Assembly (NCBI RefSeq): GCF_030684315.1
Contig: NC_081354.1
Coordinates: 27,336,226 to 27,400,225 of the forward strand
Source of the DNA: Stegostoma tigrinum
Taxonomy: Eukaryota
DNA length: 64,000 bases
Direction of reading: 5' to 3'
The translations under genes and the position numbers were made by a program. This document shows positions 63,593 to 64,000 of the stretch, piece after piece (position 1 is the stretch's first letter; each line of letters starts with the position of its first letter). The notes below the pieces were generated by a model. That model did no database searches and was not told the DNA's origin. It saw only the letters and a list, made by a program, of their open reading frames with translations.

Positions 63593-64000
63593 ATTAAATT
63601 ATTAATAAATGCATAAATCCATCATACAAAAAATTATTATTCTTACTTATTCAGTAAAACTGAATTCTCAGCAAATGTTATAGTCAATGAATGATGACTG
63701 TGCCCACTCACATCTATTCAATTCAGGTGTCAGTTAAGTTCTGATTGACTTGTTGCTCCTGATGCTGCATGTCACTGTCATGCTGAAGGAATATTCTTCT
63801 CCCCACACACCAAACATCAAGCCTGGTACAATATTCTCACCTTCCTCATCAGAAGACTGTTGCTGTTCTATCAGCTCTTCAATATCCATGTCCCCTTGTT
63901 GCCACCTCCAGGGTGCAGAGCGCAGCATGCTAGAATTATGCAGCACATCTGTGTAGTCCATAAGGCTTCTGCTGACCAATCCAAGCATTGGATTCTCATC

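Noticed and set aside
63734-63988. 84-aa ORF with LHN motif and acidic tract
   Set aside because: It may be a Harbinger-like transposase relic, but the similarity is too short and it is cut by the window edge.
58859-64000. UCP1 exons expected downstream of ELMOD2 by synteny
   Set aside because: No mitochondrial-carrier peptide was recognisable on the minus strand; it probably lies beyond the window if present.
1-64000. CRISPR arrays, prokaryotic operons, tRNA or rRNA genes
   Set aside because: The sequence is intron-containing vertebrate DNA with no regularly spaced repeat-spacer array, and tRNA-like segments are decayed SINE heads.

Overview
Eukaryotic genomic DNA. The repeat content points to a shark, probably a carpet shark (Orectolobiformes); this is inferred from repeat families only. 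Three host genes are supported. (1) The first coding exon of an MGAT4-family gene (minus strand, 4645-4735), probably the MGAT4D orthologue by synteny. (2) An intact 9-finger C2H2 zinc-finger ORF (minus, 29470-30228). (3) A complete ELMOD2 gene (plus, 8 coding exons from 41323 to 58858, 296 aa) with a CpG-rich promoter at about 36.2-36.8 kb. The rest is dominated by CR1, L2, RTE and Tx1 LINE fragments, SINEs and Penelope-like elements (PLEs). The most striking signal is one PLE family that repeatedly inserted as TSD-flanked inverted structures with fixed arm boundaries, a 31-34 nt unpaired tail and a minimal hammerhead-ribozyme-like motif in each arm. The extreme case is an apparently perfect, spacer-less 1154-bp palindrome (59619-60772) with a 16-bp TSD, about 760 bp downstream of the ELMOD2 stop codon and nested inside an older mini-palindrome. 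Two other inverted duplications with no recognisable transposon sequence are also present (47576-48401 and 21824-22143). Repeat boundaries are approximate unless a TSD is quoted.
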